Shown piece by piece: positions 19,078 to 30,047 of a stretch of DNA of 63,808 nt. How positions within the stretch are numbered: position 1 is the first letter of the stretch; each line of letters starts with the position of its first letter. Source of the stretch: an uncultured Clostridia bacterium. Lineage in GTDB: Bacteria > Bacillota > Clostridia > TANB77 > CAG-508. The translations under genes and the position numbers were made by a program. The stretch covers positions 1 through 63,808 of the forward strand of contig CALXVH010000006.1 of the NCBI GenBank assembly GCA_944391965.1, in the 5' to 3' direction. Under the pieces are notes generated by a model. It searched no databases and had not been told where the DNA came from. It worked only from the letters and a program-made list of their open reading frames with translations.

Positions 19078-19622
19078 AACTTTTCTCTCCTCTCTTTTAA
19101 ATAAGGTAAAACTTTTTGCATATATTTCTTTGTTGAAAATACATAATTTTCATCTTTATTTTCTATTATTTTTTCAATTTCTTCTATTGAAAAATATTTA
19201 ACTTCTGACAGTTCTGATAGCTGTATTTTATAATCTGATATTTTATATGGAACTATAGTAAAATAATGTTCTGTAAATCTAGCATTTATTGTATTTGATT
19301 CTGGCGAAAAAATTTTTTCCTTTTCTACCAATATTTTAGAAAATTTTTCTTTTTCTACATTAACTCCCAATTCTTCTTGTATTTCTCTTACCATTGTATC
19401 AATAGGTTCTTCACCAACATCTACATGACCTGCTGTTAATGCCCATTTATTAGGATTTTGCTTTTTTGAAGCCGCTCTTTTTTGAAATAACATTTCTCCA
19501 TTTTCATTCATAATCCATATTGCAGATTCCCTATGCCATAATCCTTTTTGGTGGATAATTTCTTTATCTTCTTTTATTCCTGTTAGATTGTTGTTTTCAT
19601 CTACTACATCTAATAGTTCCAT
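19062..19622 (-). CDS. NUDIX hydrolase (IDI-like subgroup)
   Basis: Nudix box GHVDVGE...REIQEELG; HQKGLWHR. Confidence 0.88.
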   Translation of the reverse strand: MELLDVVDENNNLTGIKEDKEIIHQKGLWHRESAIWIMNENGEMLFQKRAASKKQNPNKWALTAGHVDVGEEPIDTMVREIQEELGVNVEKEKFSKILVEKEKIFSPESNTINARFTEHYFTIVPYKISDYKIQLSELSEVKYFSIEEIEKIIENKDENYVFSTKKYMQKVLPYLKERREKLCVEK

Positions 19623-19661
19623 AAGTACTCCTTATAAAATTATATTATTTCTACCTCTTAA

Positions 19662-20192
19662 TTATATCTTTTTTAATATTTTTAATATATCTTGCATAAT
19701 TTCTTTATTAGCAAAAACATAATTCTCGTCTTTTTCATTTATTACACGTACTATTTCATTAAAAGATATATACTTTATTTCACTTAATTCTTCTAATTGT
19801 ATTGTATAATCTTCTACCTTTTTATTAGTTTTATAAAAATAATACTTCATAAAACTGTTATTTATCGCCTTACCACTTTTAACACTTTGCTTAAATATTC
19901 CTAAAGGTGTTAATTCTTCTTCTTTTATTTCTATTCCAAGCTCTTCTTTTACTTCTCTTATTGCTGCTTTATCATATTCTTCTCCTAGTTCCACATGGCC
20001 TGTTGTCAAGCACCATTTATTAGGTGCTTGCTTTTTATTTGCAGACCTTTTTTGAATTAAAAACTCACCTTTTTCATTTTGGATAAAAACAGCTATCTCC
20101 CTGTGTAATAATCCTTTTTCATGAATTATATCTTTATTTTCTTGCATTCCTGTTAAATTATTATTTTCGTCTACTACATCTAATAATTCCAT
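19662..20192 (-). CDS. NUDIX hydrolase (IDI-like), tandem paralog
   Basis: Nudix box GHVELGE...REVKEELG; N-terminus MELLDVVDENNNLTG identical to its neighbour. Confidence 0.88.
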   Translation of the reverse strand: MELLDVVDENNNLTGMQENKDIIHEKGLLHREIAVFIQNEKGEFLIQKRSANKKQAPNKWCLTTGHVELGEEYDKAAIREVKEELGIEIKEEELTPLGIFKQSVKSGKAINNSFMKYYFYKTNKKVEDYTIQLEELSEIKYISFNEIVRVINEKDENYVFANKEIMQDILKILKKI

Positions 20193-20221
20193 AGATACTC
20201 CTCTATTCAGAAGATTTAGTT

Positions 20222-21406
20222 TTATTTATCCATTAAACATTCTATTCCTGGTAATTTCTTTCCTTCTATAAATTCTAGTGAAGCTCCTCCACCTGTAGAA
20301 ATATGTGTCATTTTATCAGAAAGACCAGCTTTCTTTATAGCTGCAGCTGAATCTCCACCACCAATTACTGTAACAGCATCGATTTCTGCTAAAGTATTAG
20401 CTATAGCATTTGTTCCTACAGCGAATTGATCAAATTCAAATAAACCTACTGGTCCATTCCATAATACTGTTGCTGCATTTTTTAATTCGTCTGTGTACAT
20501 TTTTATTGTTTCTGTACCAATATCGAATCCTTCCCATCCGTCTGGAATTTCTTTATAGCTTACTACTTTACTTTCTGTATCTTCTTTAAATTCTTTTCCT
20601 ACTTTTGTATCTACTGGAAGCATAAATTTAACACCTTTTTCTTCTGCTTTCTTTAATAAGTTTTGTGCTAAATCTAATTTATCTTCTTCACAGATAGAAT
20701 TTCCTACTGTATATCCCATTGATCTGAAGAATGTGTATGCCATTGCTCCACCAATCATTAATGTATCTACTTTTTCTAATAAACTGTCAATTACACCTAT
20801 TTTATCAGAAACTTTCTTTCCTCCTAAAATAGCTACAAATGGTCTTTTTGGATTGTTTATTGCATCTCCTAAGAATTTTAATTCTTTTTCAATCAAGAAT
20901 CCGCTTACTGCTGGTAAATAATCAGCTATTCCTGCTGTTGAAGCATGTGCTCTGTGAGCTGTACCAAATGCATCATTTACAAATACTTCTGCCATATCTG
21001 CAAATTTCTTAGCTAATTCTGGATCATTCTTTTCTTCACCTGGTTCAAATCTTACATTTTCTAGTAACATTACTTCACCTGGTTTTAATTCTTTAGCTAA
21101 TTTTTGAGCATCTTCACCAACTACATCTTTTGCAAGTTTTACTTCTTGCCCTAATAATTTTGATAATTCTTTTGCAACTGGTGCTAAAGACATTTCTGGA
21201 ACAACTTGTCCCTTTGGTCTTCCTAAATGAGAACATAAGATTACTGCACAATTTTGTTCTAATAAATATTTGATTGTTGGTAATGCTGCAACAATTCTTG
21301 TGTTGTCTCTTATTGTTCCATCTTCTAATAATGGTACATTAAAATCACATCTTTCGATTACTTTTTTTCCTTTTAAGTCAATATCTCTAACTGTTTTTTT
21401 ACTCAT
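20222..21406 (-). CDS. pgk: Phosphoglycerate kinase
   Basis: [34 protein letters not shown]; start MSKKTV after RBS aggag. Confidence 0.98.
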   Translation of the reverse strand: MSKKTVRDIDLKGKKVIERCDFNVPLLEDGTIRDNTRIVAALPTIKYLLEQNCAVILCSHLGRPKGQVVPEMSLAPVAKELSKLLGQEVKLAKDVVGEDAQKLAKELKPGEVMLLENVRFEPGEEKNDPELAKKFADMAEVFVNDAFGTAHRAHASTAGIADYLPAVSGFLIEKELKFLGDAINNPKRPFVAILGGKKVSDKIGVIDSLLEKVDTLMIGGAMAYTFFRSMGYTVGNSICEEDKLDLAQNLLKKAEEKGVKFMLPVDTKVGKEFKEDTESKVVSYKEIPDGWEGFDIGTETIKMYTDELKNAATVLWNGPVGLFEFDQFAVGTNAIANTLAEIDAVTVIGGGDSAAAIKKAGLSDKMTHISTGGGASLEFIEGKKLPGIECLMDK

Positions 21407-21580
21407 AAAAAATTCACTCCTTTTATTTAATAAAACTTTTATGACAAGCACATGCATATATCCCACTCTACCAAATCAAAGATTTGGGCAGTGGATTAAT
21501 TGTAAAGGTTGCATATATGTCTTTTTTAGGCACATATGTAACCTTTACAATTACAATATCTTGCCCATAATATATTAGAC

Positions 21581-21614
21581 TGTTAGAGGTTACTTTAAAA
21601 AGCAACCTCTAACA
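21581..21614 (-). terminator. Terminator/stabilising hairpin after gap
   Basis: tgttagaggtt ... aacctctaaca. Confidence 0.65.
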
Positions 21615-21626
21615 AATCTTAATTAA

Positions 21627-22700
<1,074 letters not shown>

Positions 22701-22762
22701 TCATAGTCATTCTATAACAAAAAAGAATACTTTTCAAGTATTCTTTCTCAATTCTTTACATT

Positions 22763-23563
22763 TTATACATATTTTTCTATTTTCAATATATACCTACCCT
22801 TTTGAGTACTACCTACAATTTCGGTAATTTTAAATCTTCCTTTACCTCTAATAGAGATTAAATCACCTTCAGTAAGTAATTTTGTCTGTTTTATTTCATT
22901 TTTAAAATTTACAAATACCCTCTCTTGATTTATTAGTTCTTTAGCTTGCATCCTAGAACTCTTAGCAAGTTCAGCTATTATATTATCTAATCTTAATGCA
23001 GAAACAATTATATTATATTCTTTTGTTTTTATTTCTACTTTTTCTAATTCGTTAATTTTTATCTCTTTTATGTCTGCTTTTCTTAATCTTGTCAATTCGC
23101 TTAAATTAGTTAATAAATACTTAACTATCTCTGGCATTACAATTACATCTGCTCCACTTTCCTTAACTAAAATATCGCCAACCTTTTCTCGTACAACTCC
23201 TAATTTCATTATCATCCCTAAATAATTTTTATGTGTATATGCACCATATAATTCATTTGGTAAACTTATTCTTATTGCACATAATCTATTTATATATTTT
23301 TTATCTTCTATAATAAATTTAAACTTCTCTGGATAAAATATTATAATTTTTCTTTCAGCTTCTTCATATCCGCCAAAAAAAATATAATTATTAAATTTAA
23401 TTTTATTTAAAATTTCTGTACATATTCTTATTTGATATCCATCTAAGAAATCTGTATTTGTTATTTTGTTTTTTTGTTTCGCTTCTTCCAGCTTATCCAT
23501 CATTTTCGAAATAAGTATTTGTTCTTCTTTATTATGTCCCTCTAATAATTCTTTTTTATTCAT
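22763..23563 (-). CDS. ylmH: YlmH/Sll1252-family S4 RNA-binding protein
   Basis: TDFLD, FGGYEEAER, REKVGDI, SALRLD and GDLISIRGKGRF motifs. Confidence 0.88.
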   Translation of the reverse strand: MNKKELLEGHNKEEQILISKMMDKLEEAKQKNKITNTDFLDGYQIRICTEILNKIKFNNYIFFGGYEEAERKIIIFYPEKFKFIIEDKKYINRLCAIRISLPNELYGAYTHKNYLGMIMKLGVVREKVGDILVKESGADVIVMPEIVKYLLTNLSELTRLRKADIKEIKINELEKVEIKTKEYNIIVSALRLDNIIAELAKSSRMQAKELINQERVFVNFKNEIKQTKLLTEGDLISIRGKGRFKITEIVGSTQKGRYILKIEKYV

Positions 23564-25418
23564 AATTACTCCATTTTCTAATCATATCTAAAATACTTTC
23601 TATATCTAACTTATATTCCTTCTCTATTTCATCTACTGTACCTTGTTTTATAAATTCATCTGGATATCCTAGCATTCTTAATTCATTAGTTTTATTATAT
23701 TTCTTTAATATCTCTAATACAGTACTTCCTAAAGCACCTTTTACAATATTGTCCTCAATTGTTATTACTTTCGAATTTCCTATCCATTTAACAATATTTT
23801 CTTCGTCAAAAGGTTTTAAAAATCTTGCATTTATTACCCCAGCTTCTATGCCTTCTTTTTTTAGAATGTTCGAAATTTCATATGCTCTTTGAACCATCTT
23901 ACCTATTGCAATTATAGTATAATCATTTCCATCTGCTAATTTTTCAGCTTTACCCAACTTAATTTTTTCTTCTTTATCTATCTTTATATTTTCTTCTCCA
24001 CCACGTGGATATCTTATATAAATTAGTCCATCGTAGTCTATAGCAAATTCTAACATATCTTCTAATTCTTTAAAGTTTTTTGGAGCCATAATAACCAAAT
24101 TTGGAACAATATTAAAAAATGATAAATCTAAAATTCCTTGATGTGTTTCGCCATCTGCACCTACAATTCCAGCTCTATCTGAACATAAAACCACATGTAA
24201 ATTTTGCATACATACATCATGAATAACTTGATCATATCCACGTTGATAAAATGATGCATATATTGGAACAACTGGAATAATTCCGTTTGTTGCCATACCT
24301 GCAGCCATTCCTATTGCATGACCTTCTGCTATTCCAACATCAAAAAATCTATCTGTAAATTTTTCTGCAAAATCTTTTAAACCTGTTCCATCTTTCATAG
24401 ATGCGGTTATAGCTACAATTTTTTTATTTTTCTCTGCCAAGCTTACTAATTTATCACCAAAAACCTTTGAATAATCTTTAGACTTAGCTTTTTTAGATTC
24501 TCCTGTTTCTAAATCAAATGGTCCTGTTGAATGAAATTTATCCGGATTCTTTTCGGCTGGTTCATATCCTTTTCCTTTTTTAGTAATAACATGAATTAGT
24601 TTAGGTCCATCAATATTTTTAGCAATTTTTAAAATATTTTCTAATTTTTCTATATTATGTCCATCAACTGGTCCTAAATATGTATATCCCATATCTTCGA
24701 AAAACATATTTGATATAAAAATCTTTTTTATACTATATTTTAAATCTTGTACTAGTTTTATTATTTTATTACCAAGCCAAGGAATTTTTGAAACACATTT
24801 TTTTATTACATTATTAGATTTTTTATAAAACCTTTTGCTTCTTATTTTACTTAAGAAGTTTGATATTCCTCCAACATTTTTAGAAATACTCATTTCATTA
24901 TCATTTAAGATAATTATGAAATTTGTCTTAGAACTTCCCCCGTCATTTAACGCTTCTAATGCCATTCCACCTGTTAAAGCTCCATCTCCTATAACTGCAA
25001 CAATTTGATAATTTTCTTTTTTTATATCTCTTGCTCTTGCCATTCCTATTGCAGCAGAAATAGATGTACTACTATGTCCAGTATTAAATGTATCATATTC
25101 TGACTCTTCCCTTTTTGGGAAACCAGCTATTCCATTCTTTTTTCTTAAAGAATTCATTTTATCTTTTCTACCTGTAAGAATTTTATGAACATATGTCTGA
25201 TGTCCTACATCCCAAACTATTTTATCTTTAGGTGCATTAAACACCGAATGTAGTGCTATTGTAAGTTCTACAACTCCTAAATTTGAAGCTAAATGTCCAC
25301 CATTATTAGATACAACATTTATTATTTCTTTTCTTATATCTGCTGATAACTCTTCTTTTTCTTTTATATTAAGTTTTTTTAAATCCCCTGGTAAATTTAT
25401 ATTTTCGATTTCACTCAT
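23556..25418 (-). CDS. dxs: 1-deoxy-D-xylulose-5-phosphate synthase
   Basis: GGHLASNLGVVEL, DVGHQ, GDGALTGG...LNDN ThDP motif, DRAG. Confidence 0.97.
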   Translation of the reverse strand: MSEIENINLPGDLKKLNIKEKEELSADIRKEIINVVSNNGGHLASNLGVVELTIALHSVFNAPKDKIVWDVGHQTYVHKILTGRKDKMNSLRKKNGIAGFPKREESEYDTFNTGHSSTSISAAIGMARARDIKKENYQIVAVIGDGALTGGMALEALNDGGSSKTNFIIILNDNEMSISKNVGGISNFLSKIRSKRFYKKSNNVIKKCVSKIPWLGNKIIKLVQDLKYSIKKIFISNMFFEDMGYTYLGPVDGHNIEKLENILKIAKNIDGPKLIHVITKKGKGYEPAEKNPDKFHSTGPFDLETGESKKAKSKDYSKVFGDKLVSLAEKNKKIVAITASMKDGTGLKDFAEKFTDRFFDVGIAEGHAIGMAAGMATNGIIPVVPIYASFYQRGYDQVIHDVCMQNLHVVLCSDRAGIVGADGETHQGILDLSFFNIVPNLVIMAPKNFKELEDMLEFAIDYDGLIYIRYPRGGEENIKIDKEEKIKLGKAEKLADGNDYTIIAIGKMVQRAYEISNILKKEGIEAGVINARFLKPFDEENIVKWIGNSKVITIEDNIVKGALGSTVLEILKKYNKTNELRMLGYPDEFIKQGTVDEIEKEYKLDIESILDMIRKWSNYE

Positions 25419-25556
25419 AATTTTCTCCTAGTTTCTATTATTTTGCAGTATAAATATAGTATCATATTTTTCTACAAATTTCCATATAATTAGCCTCTGA
25501 TTTTCTTTACAAATGTTTTTGCTTCTTATATAATTAAGAAGCAAAGGAGAAAAAAT

Positions 25557-26003
25557 ATGACAAAATTTATTTCACATTCTGAAGAAGAAACAAAGAAATT
25601 AGCTCAAAAAATCGCTTCTAATTCAAAAAAAGGAGATATCATAGTTTTATGTGGCGAACTTGGTTCTGGAAAAACTAAATTTACAGAGGGTTTTTTAGAA
25701 TATTTTAATTTACAAGACGAATTATCAAGTCCTACTTTTACTATTGTAAATGAATATGATACTCCCGATTTTCCAATATATCATTTTGATGTTTATAGAT
25801 TAGAAGATATAGATGAATTTTATGCAATTGGTGGAGATGAATATTTTCAAGCTGGTATTTGCATAATCGAATGGGGCGAAAAAATAGAGGAAATTTTGCC
25901 CGAATCTTATTTAAAAATTTCTTTTTCGAGAGATTTTGAAGATTCTGACATTCGTATTTTAACAATGGAATGTTTTGGCGAATATAAATTAAAGGAAGTG
26001 TAA
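25557..26003 (+). CDS. tsaE: t6A biosynthesis ATPase
   Basis: GELGSGKT, SPTFT, HFDVYRL, IIEW. Confidence 0.95.
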   Translation: MTKFISHSEEETKKLAQKIASNSKKGDIIVLCGELGSGKTKFTEGFLEYFNLQDELSSPTFTIVNEYDTPDFPIYHFDVYRLEDIDEFYAIGGDEYFQAGICIIEWGEKIEEILPESYLKISFSRDFEDSDIRILTMECFGEYKLKEV

Positions 26004-26005
26004 AA

Positions 26006-26716
26006 ATGAAAACATTAAGTATTGACACATCTAGCAATATTTGTAGCCTTGCGATTTTAGATGATAACAAAATAATATACGAAGACTATATAGCTGATAA
26101 ATTAACTCATTCTGAAAACTTAATGCCAATGATAAAAAAAGCCTTTGACAATTTAACAATCAATTTAGATGATATAGATTTATTTACATGTTCTAAAGGT
26201 CCTGGCTCTTTTACTGGAATTAGAATTGGAGTTGCTACAATATGTGCTTTTAGAGATTACTATAATAAAAAAGCCATTGGTATTTCTTCTTTAGAAGGTT
26301 TAGCATACAATATTGTGCCAAAAGAAAACTCTTTGGTTTGTTCTATGATAGATGCAAAAAATAATAATGTATATGCAGGATTATTCAAATATGAAGATAG
26401 TCATTATTCTTTAATAGATAAATATATATCTGATAATATTAATAACACATTAGATAGTTTAAATCATTATTCTAATAATGAAATTATATTTGTAGGTTCT
26501 GGAGCTATAACCTATTCTGCACAAATTAAAGACTCTTTTAAAAATTGTTTAATAGCAGAAGGAAATACTAACAGTTCTTCTGCAAGTGGAGTAGCTAAAG
26601 CTGCAATCTATAAATATTTTAATTGTACTTCTAAGGAAGATTTAGCTCTTTCCCCACTATATTTAAAAAAATCAAGTGCGGAAATCGAATTAGAAAAAAA
26701 ATTAAATAAAGGATAA
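26006..26716 (+). CDS. tsaB: t6A biosynthesis protein
   Basis: LSIDTS, HSENL, GPGSFTGIRIG. Confidence 0.95.
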   Translation: MKTLSIDTSSNICSLAILDDNKIIYEDYIADKLTHSENLMPMIKKAFDNLTINLDDIDLFTCSKGPGSFTGIRIGVATICAFRDYYNKKAIGISSLEGLAYNIVPKENSLVCSMIDAKNNNVYAGLFKYEDSHYSLIDKYISDNINNTLDSLNHYSNNEIIFVGSGAITYSAQIKDSFKNCLIAEGNTNSSSASGVAKAAIYKYFNCTSKEDLALSPLYLKKSSAEIELEKKLNKG

Positions 26717-26721
26717 TCACT

Positions 26722-27159
26722 ATGAGTTTAGAAATATATAATATGACAGATTATGACTTATCTTTAATAAAAGATATATTAATCGATGATTTTGACGATT
26801 TTTGGACATATGATATCTTACAAGAAGAACTTAATAATCCTAATTCAGAATATTTTGTAGCCAAATTGGAAAATAATATTTTAGGTTTTGCAGGAATTTG
26901 GAAATCTGTAGACGATGTACATATTACAGATATAGTTGTAAAAAAATCTAACAGACAAAATGGTATTGGTAGTAAATTATTGGAGAAACTAATACAAACT
27001 GCAAAGATGCAGAACTTTAAATCAATTACTTTGGAAGTAAATGAACACAATCTGCCTGCAATAAATTTGTATTTAAAATATGGTTTTAAAAATGTTGGCT
27101 TCAGAAAAAAATATTATGGCAATAAAGATAATGCAATTATTATGACAAAAGAATTATAA
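26722..27159 (+). CDS. rimI: Ribosomal-protein alanine N-acetyltransferase
   Basis: GNAT RQNGIG, TLEV...N..AINLY...GF...RKKYY; synteny with tsaB. Confidence 0.88.
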   Translation: MSLEIYNMTDYDLSLIKDILIDDFDDFWTYDILQEELNNPNSEYFVAKLENNILGFAGIWKSVDDVHITDIVVKKSNRQNGIGSKLLEKLIQTAKMQNFKSITLEVNEHNLPAINLYLKYGFKNVGFRKKYYGNKDNAIIMTKEL

Positions 27160-27178
27160 AGAAAGAAGGAAAAAACAA

Positions 27179-29557
27179 ATGAAAAAAAACGAATTAAATT
27201 ACAAAGATTTAAGAGTAATGTGTAATCCAAATATTTTTGATTTTGAAACAACAGAAAATTTAGAGCCTATTACTTCTGGAATTGGTCAAGAACGTGGTAT
27301 TAAATCATTAGAATTTGGTCTTAATGTAAATGTTAAAGGATATAATATCTATCTTGAAGGTCCTAGTGGTGTTGGTAAAACTATGTATACAAAAAATTAT
27401 TTGGATACAATTGCTAAAAAGAAAAAAGTTCCAAATGATTGGTGTTATATATATAATTTTGATAGACCAAATGAACCAATTGCTGTTTCTCTTCCTGCTG
27501 GACAAGGAAAAGAATTTAAAAACACTATGGATTCTTTTATTAAAGATATAAAAGTTGATATAAAAAACACTTTTAATAATGAAGATTTCGAAAAAGAAAA
27601 AACCTTAATTAGACAAGAATTCGAAGAAAAAAGAAATATTTTAATGGAAAATTTAAATAAAAAAGCAATGGAACATGGTTTTTTTGTAAAAAGTGCTCAA
27701 AATGGTATTTACATGATGCCTGTATTAAATGGTAAAACAATAGAAGAAGAAGAATTTGATAAATTAGATGAAAGTATAAAAAAAGAATTCGAAGATAAAT
27801 CTGGAATTGTACAACAACAAATAATAGAAGCAATCAGTGAAATTAAAGCAATTGAAAAAGAATCTGATAAAAAAATAGAAGAATGGCAGTCTAACATTGC
27901 CCTACTTACTATAAATGTTCATATAAATAATGTAAAATCTAAATTTAAAAGAAATAAAAAAATTACTAAATTTTTAAATGATGTAAAAACAGATATTTTA
28001 AAAAATATTTCTGCATTTACAACAGAACCTACAAATAATCAACCTCAAAATGTTCCAAGAATGGAGCCTCCTGCCCCATGGCTAAATTATAGAGTAAATT
28101 TATTTATAGATAATAGCAATTTAGAGGGTGCACCAGTTATAATGGATTCTAATACATCCTATCCAAATTTGTTCGGAAGACTTGAATACGAAAATTACTA
28201 TGGTGCTTTAAAAACTGATCATACCATGTTAAAACCTGGTTTACTTCACATGGCAAATGGCGGATATATTATGTTCCAAGCAGATGATATAATCCAAAAT
28301 AGCTTATGTTATGAATCATTAAAAAAGGCTTTAAAGGTAAAAGAACTAAATATAGAAAATGCTTCTGAACAACATTCTTCTATGGTAATGATTTCTTTAA
28401 AACCTGAGCCAATTCCTTTAGATTTAAAGGTTATTATAATTGGTAATAGCAATATTTATCATACTCTACTTGCTGTGGATAATGATTTTAGAAAACTATT
28501 TAAAATAAAAGTCGAATTTGAAGATGATGCTCCTCGTAATTCTGAAAACATGGTAAAACTTGCTAGGTTTGCACATGGTTTCTGTGAAAAAGAAGGTCTT
28601 CCTCAGTTAGACAGATCTGGAGTTGCAAGTTTAGTTGACTATGCTACTGTTCTTGCAAACGATAAAGAAAAAATTTCGACAAAATTTAATGATTTATCAG
28701 AAATTCTAGGTGAAGCAGCAACTTGGGCAAAACTTAGTCGTTCTAAATTAATTACTGACAAATTCATTCATAAAGCTTTAAAAGAACGAATTGAACGTGT
28801 GAAAAAATATGATGCTCACTATTCAGAAATGATAAAAGAAAATACTTTGTTAATTGATACTAACGGTTATAAAGTCGGACAAATAAATGGACTTACCGTT
28901 TTAACAATAGGTGATTATTCTTTTGGAAAACCTACAAAAATAACTGCAAATACTTATGCTGGGAAGCAAGGAATTGTTAATATAGAACGTGAAGTTGACC
29001 TTTCTGGTTCATCTCATTCTAAAGGTGTATTAATACTTACAGGTTATTTAGGACAAAAATTTGCACAAGATTTCCCTCTTGCTTTAACTGCAAGTATCTG
29101 TTTTGAACAATTATATAATGGTGTTGATGGAGATAGTGCTTCTAGTACAGAGCTATATGCCCTACTTTCTAGTTTATCTGAAATACCAATAAATCAATCT
29201 TTTGCAGTTACAGGTTCTGTAAATCAAAAAGGTGAAATACAACCTATTGGTGGTGTTAATGAAAAAATCGAAGGATTTTTCCAAGTATGTAAAGACAGAG
29301 GATTAGATGGTAGCCATAGTGTTATAATTCCTGTTCAAAATATAAGAAATCTTCATTTAGATGATGAAGTTGTAGAAGCTGTAAAAAATAATTTATTCCA
29401 TATATATGCAATTTCTACAATTGATGAAGGAATAGAATTATTAACAGGTGTACCTGCTGGAACTAAAGATAAAAATGGAAAATTCCCTTCTGGTACAATT
29501 AATTATTTAGTTTATGAAAAATTAAAAAAATATTCTGGATTAGAAAATAAAAAATAA
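27179..29557 (+). CDS. Lon-family (LonB/LonC-like) AAA protease
   Basis: GQER, Walker A GPSGVGKT, HMANGG, Ser-Lys dyad DGDSAS ... GGVNEKIEG. Confidence 0.92.
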   Translation: MKKNELNYKDLRVMCNPNIFDFETTENLEPITSGIGQERGIKSLEFGLNVNVKGYNIYLEGPSGVGKTMYTKNYLDTIAKKKKVPNDWCYIYNFDRPNEPIAVSLPAGQGKEFKNTMDSFIKDIKVDIKNTFNNEDFEKEKTLIRQEFEEKRNILMENLNKKAMEHGFFVKSAQNGIYMMPVLNGKTIEEEEFDKLDESIKKEFEDKSGIVQQQIIEAISEIKAIEKESDKKIEEWQSNIALLTINVHINNVKSKFKRNKKITKFLNDVKTDILKNISAFTTEPTNNQPQNVPRMEPPAPWLNYRVNLFIDNSNLEGAPVIMDSNTSYPNLFGRLEYENYYGALKTDHTMLKPGLLHMANGGYIMFQADDIIQNSLCYESLKKALKVKELNIENASEQHSSMVMISLKPEPIPLDLKVIIIGNSNIYHTLLAVDNDFRKLFKIKVEFEDDAPRNSENMVKLARFAHGFCEKEGLPQLDRSGVASLVDYATVLANDKEKISTKFNDLSEILGEAATWAKLSRSKLITDKFIHKALKERIERVKKYDAHYSEMIKENTLLIDTNGYKVGQINGLTVLTIGDYSFGKPTKITANTYAGKQGIVNIEREVDLSGSSHSKGVLILTGYLGQKFAQDFPLALTASICFEQLYNGVDGDSASSTELYALLSSLSEIPINQSFAVTGSVNQKGEIQPIGGVNEKIEGFFQVCKDRGLDGSHSVIIPVQNIRNLHLDDEVVEAVKNNLFHIYAISTIDEGIELLTGVPAGTKDKNGKFPSGTINYLVYEKLKKYSGLENKK

Positions 29558-29562
29558 ATATT

Positions 29563-29594
29563 AAAAACACTTGATAAAATTATCAAGTGTTTTT
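29563..29594. terminator. Bidirectional terminator
   Basis: aaaaacacttgataa ... ttatcaagtgttttt between convergent genes. Confidence 0.8.
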
Positions 29595-30047
29595 CTTATG
29601 AAATAACTTATTTATAAATTTTATAATTTTTTGAATAAAATTTTCTTTTTTAATTTCTATTGGTAAATTCTTTACTTCATCTTGTTGTTCTGTATTCTTT
29701 TTTCCTCTATTTTCTAATATTTTTTCTGGATTATATTTTTCCTTTATTTCTTCTCTATACTTCCTCTCATTTTCGGCATAAATTTGTTCTAATTCTTTTT
29801 TCTCCTCTTCATCTTCGCATAAATATTTTAGATATAAAATAGCAATTAAATCCCATGTTGCATTTTTTAAATTTTGATTTTCTAAAGATATATCTGTGGT
29901 TAATTCTCGCTTACTGTCTTTGTCCATCTCTTCTTTAAAATATTCTATAATATTTTTGGGGATTTTTTCCTGTTTATCTTGTGGTAACAAATTTATAAAA
30001 CTAATTATTTCTGCATATGCAACTCTAGTTTCTTTATCTCTCCCCAT
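29583..30047 (-). CDS. Hypothetical helical protein
   Basis: ORF overlaps the end of the upstream gene (translational coupling likely, start MGRDKE); no recognised family. Confidence 0.7.
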   Translation of the reverse strand: MGRDKETRVAYAEIISFINLLPQDKQEKIPKNIIEYFKEEMDKDSKRELTTDISLENQNLKNATWDLIAILYLKYLCEDEEEKKELEQIYAENERKYREEIKEKYNPEKILENRGKKNTEQQDEVKNLPIEIKKENFIQKIIKFINKLFHKKNT

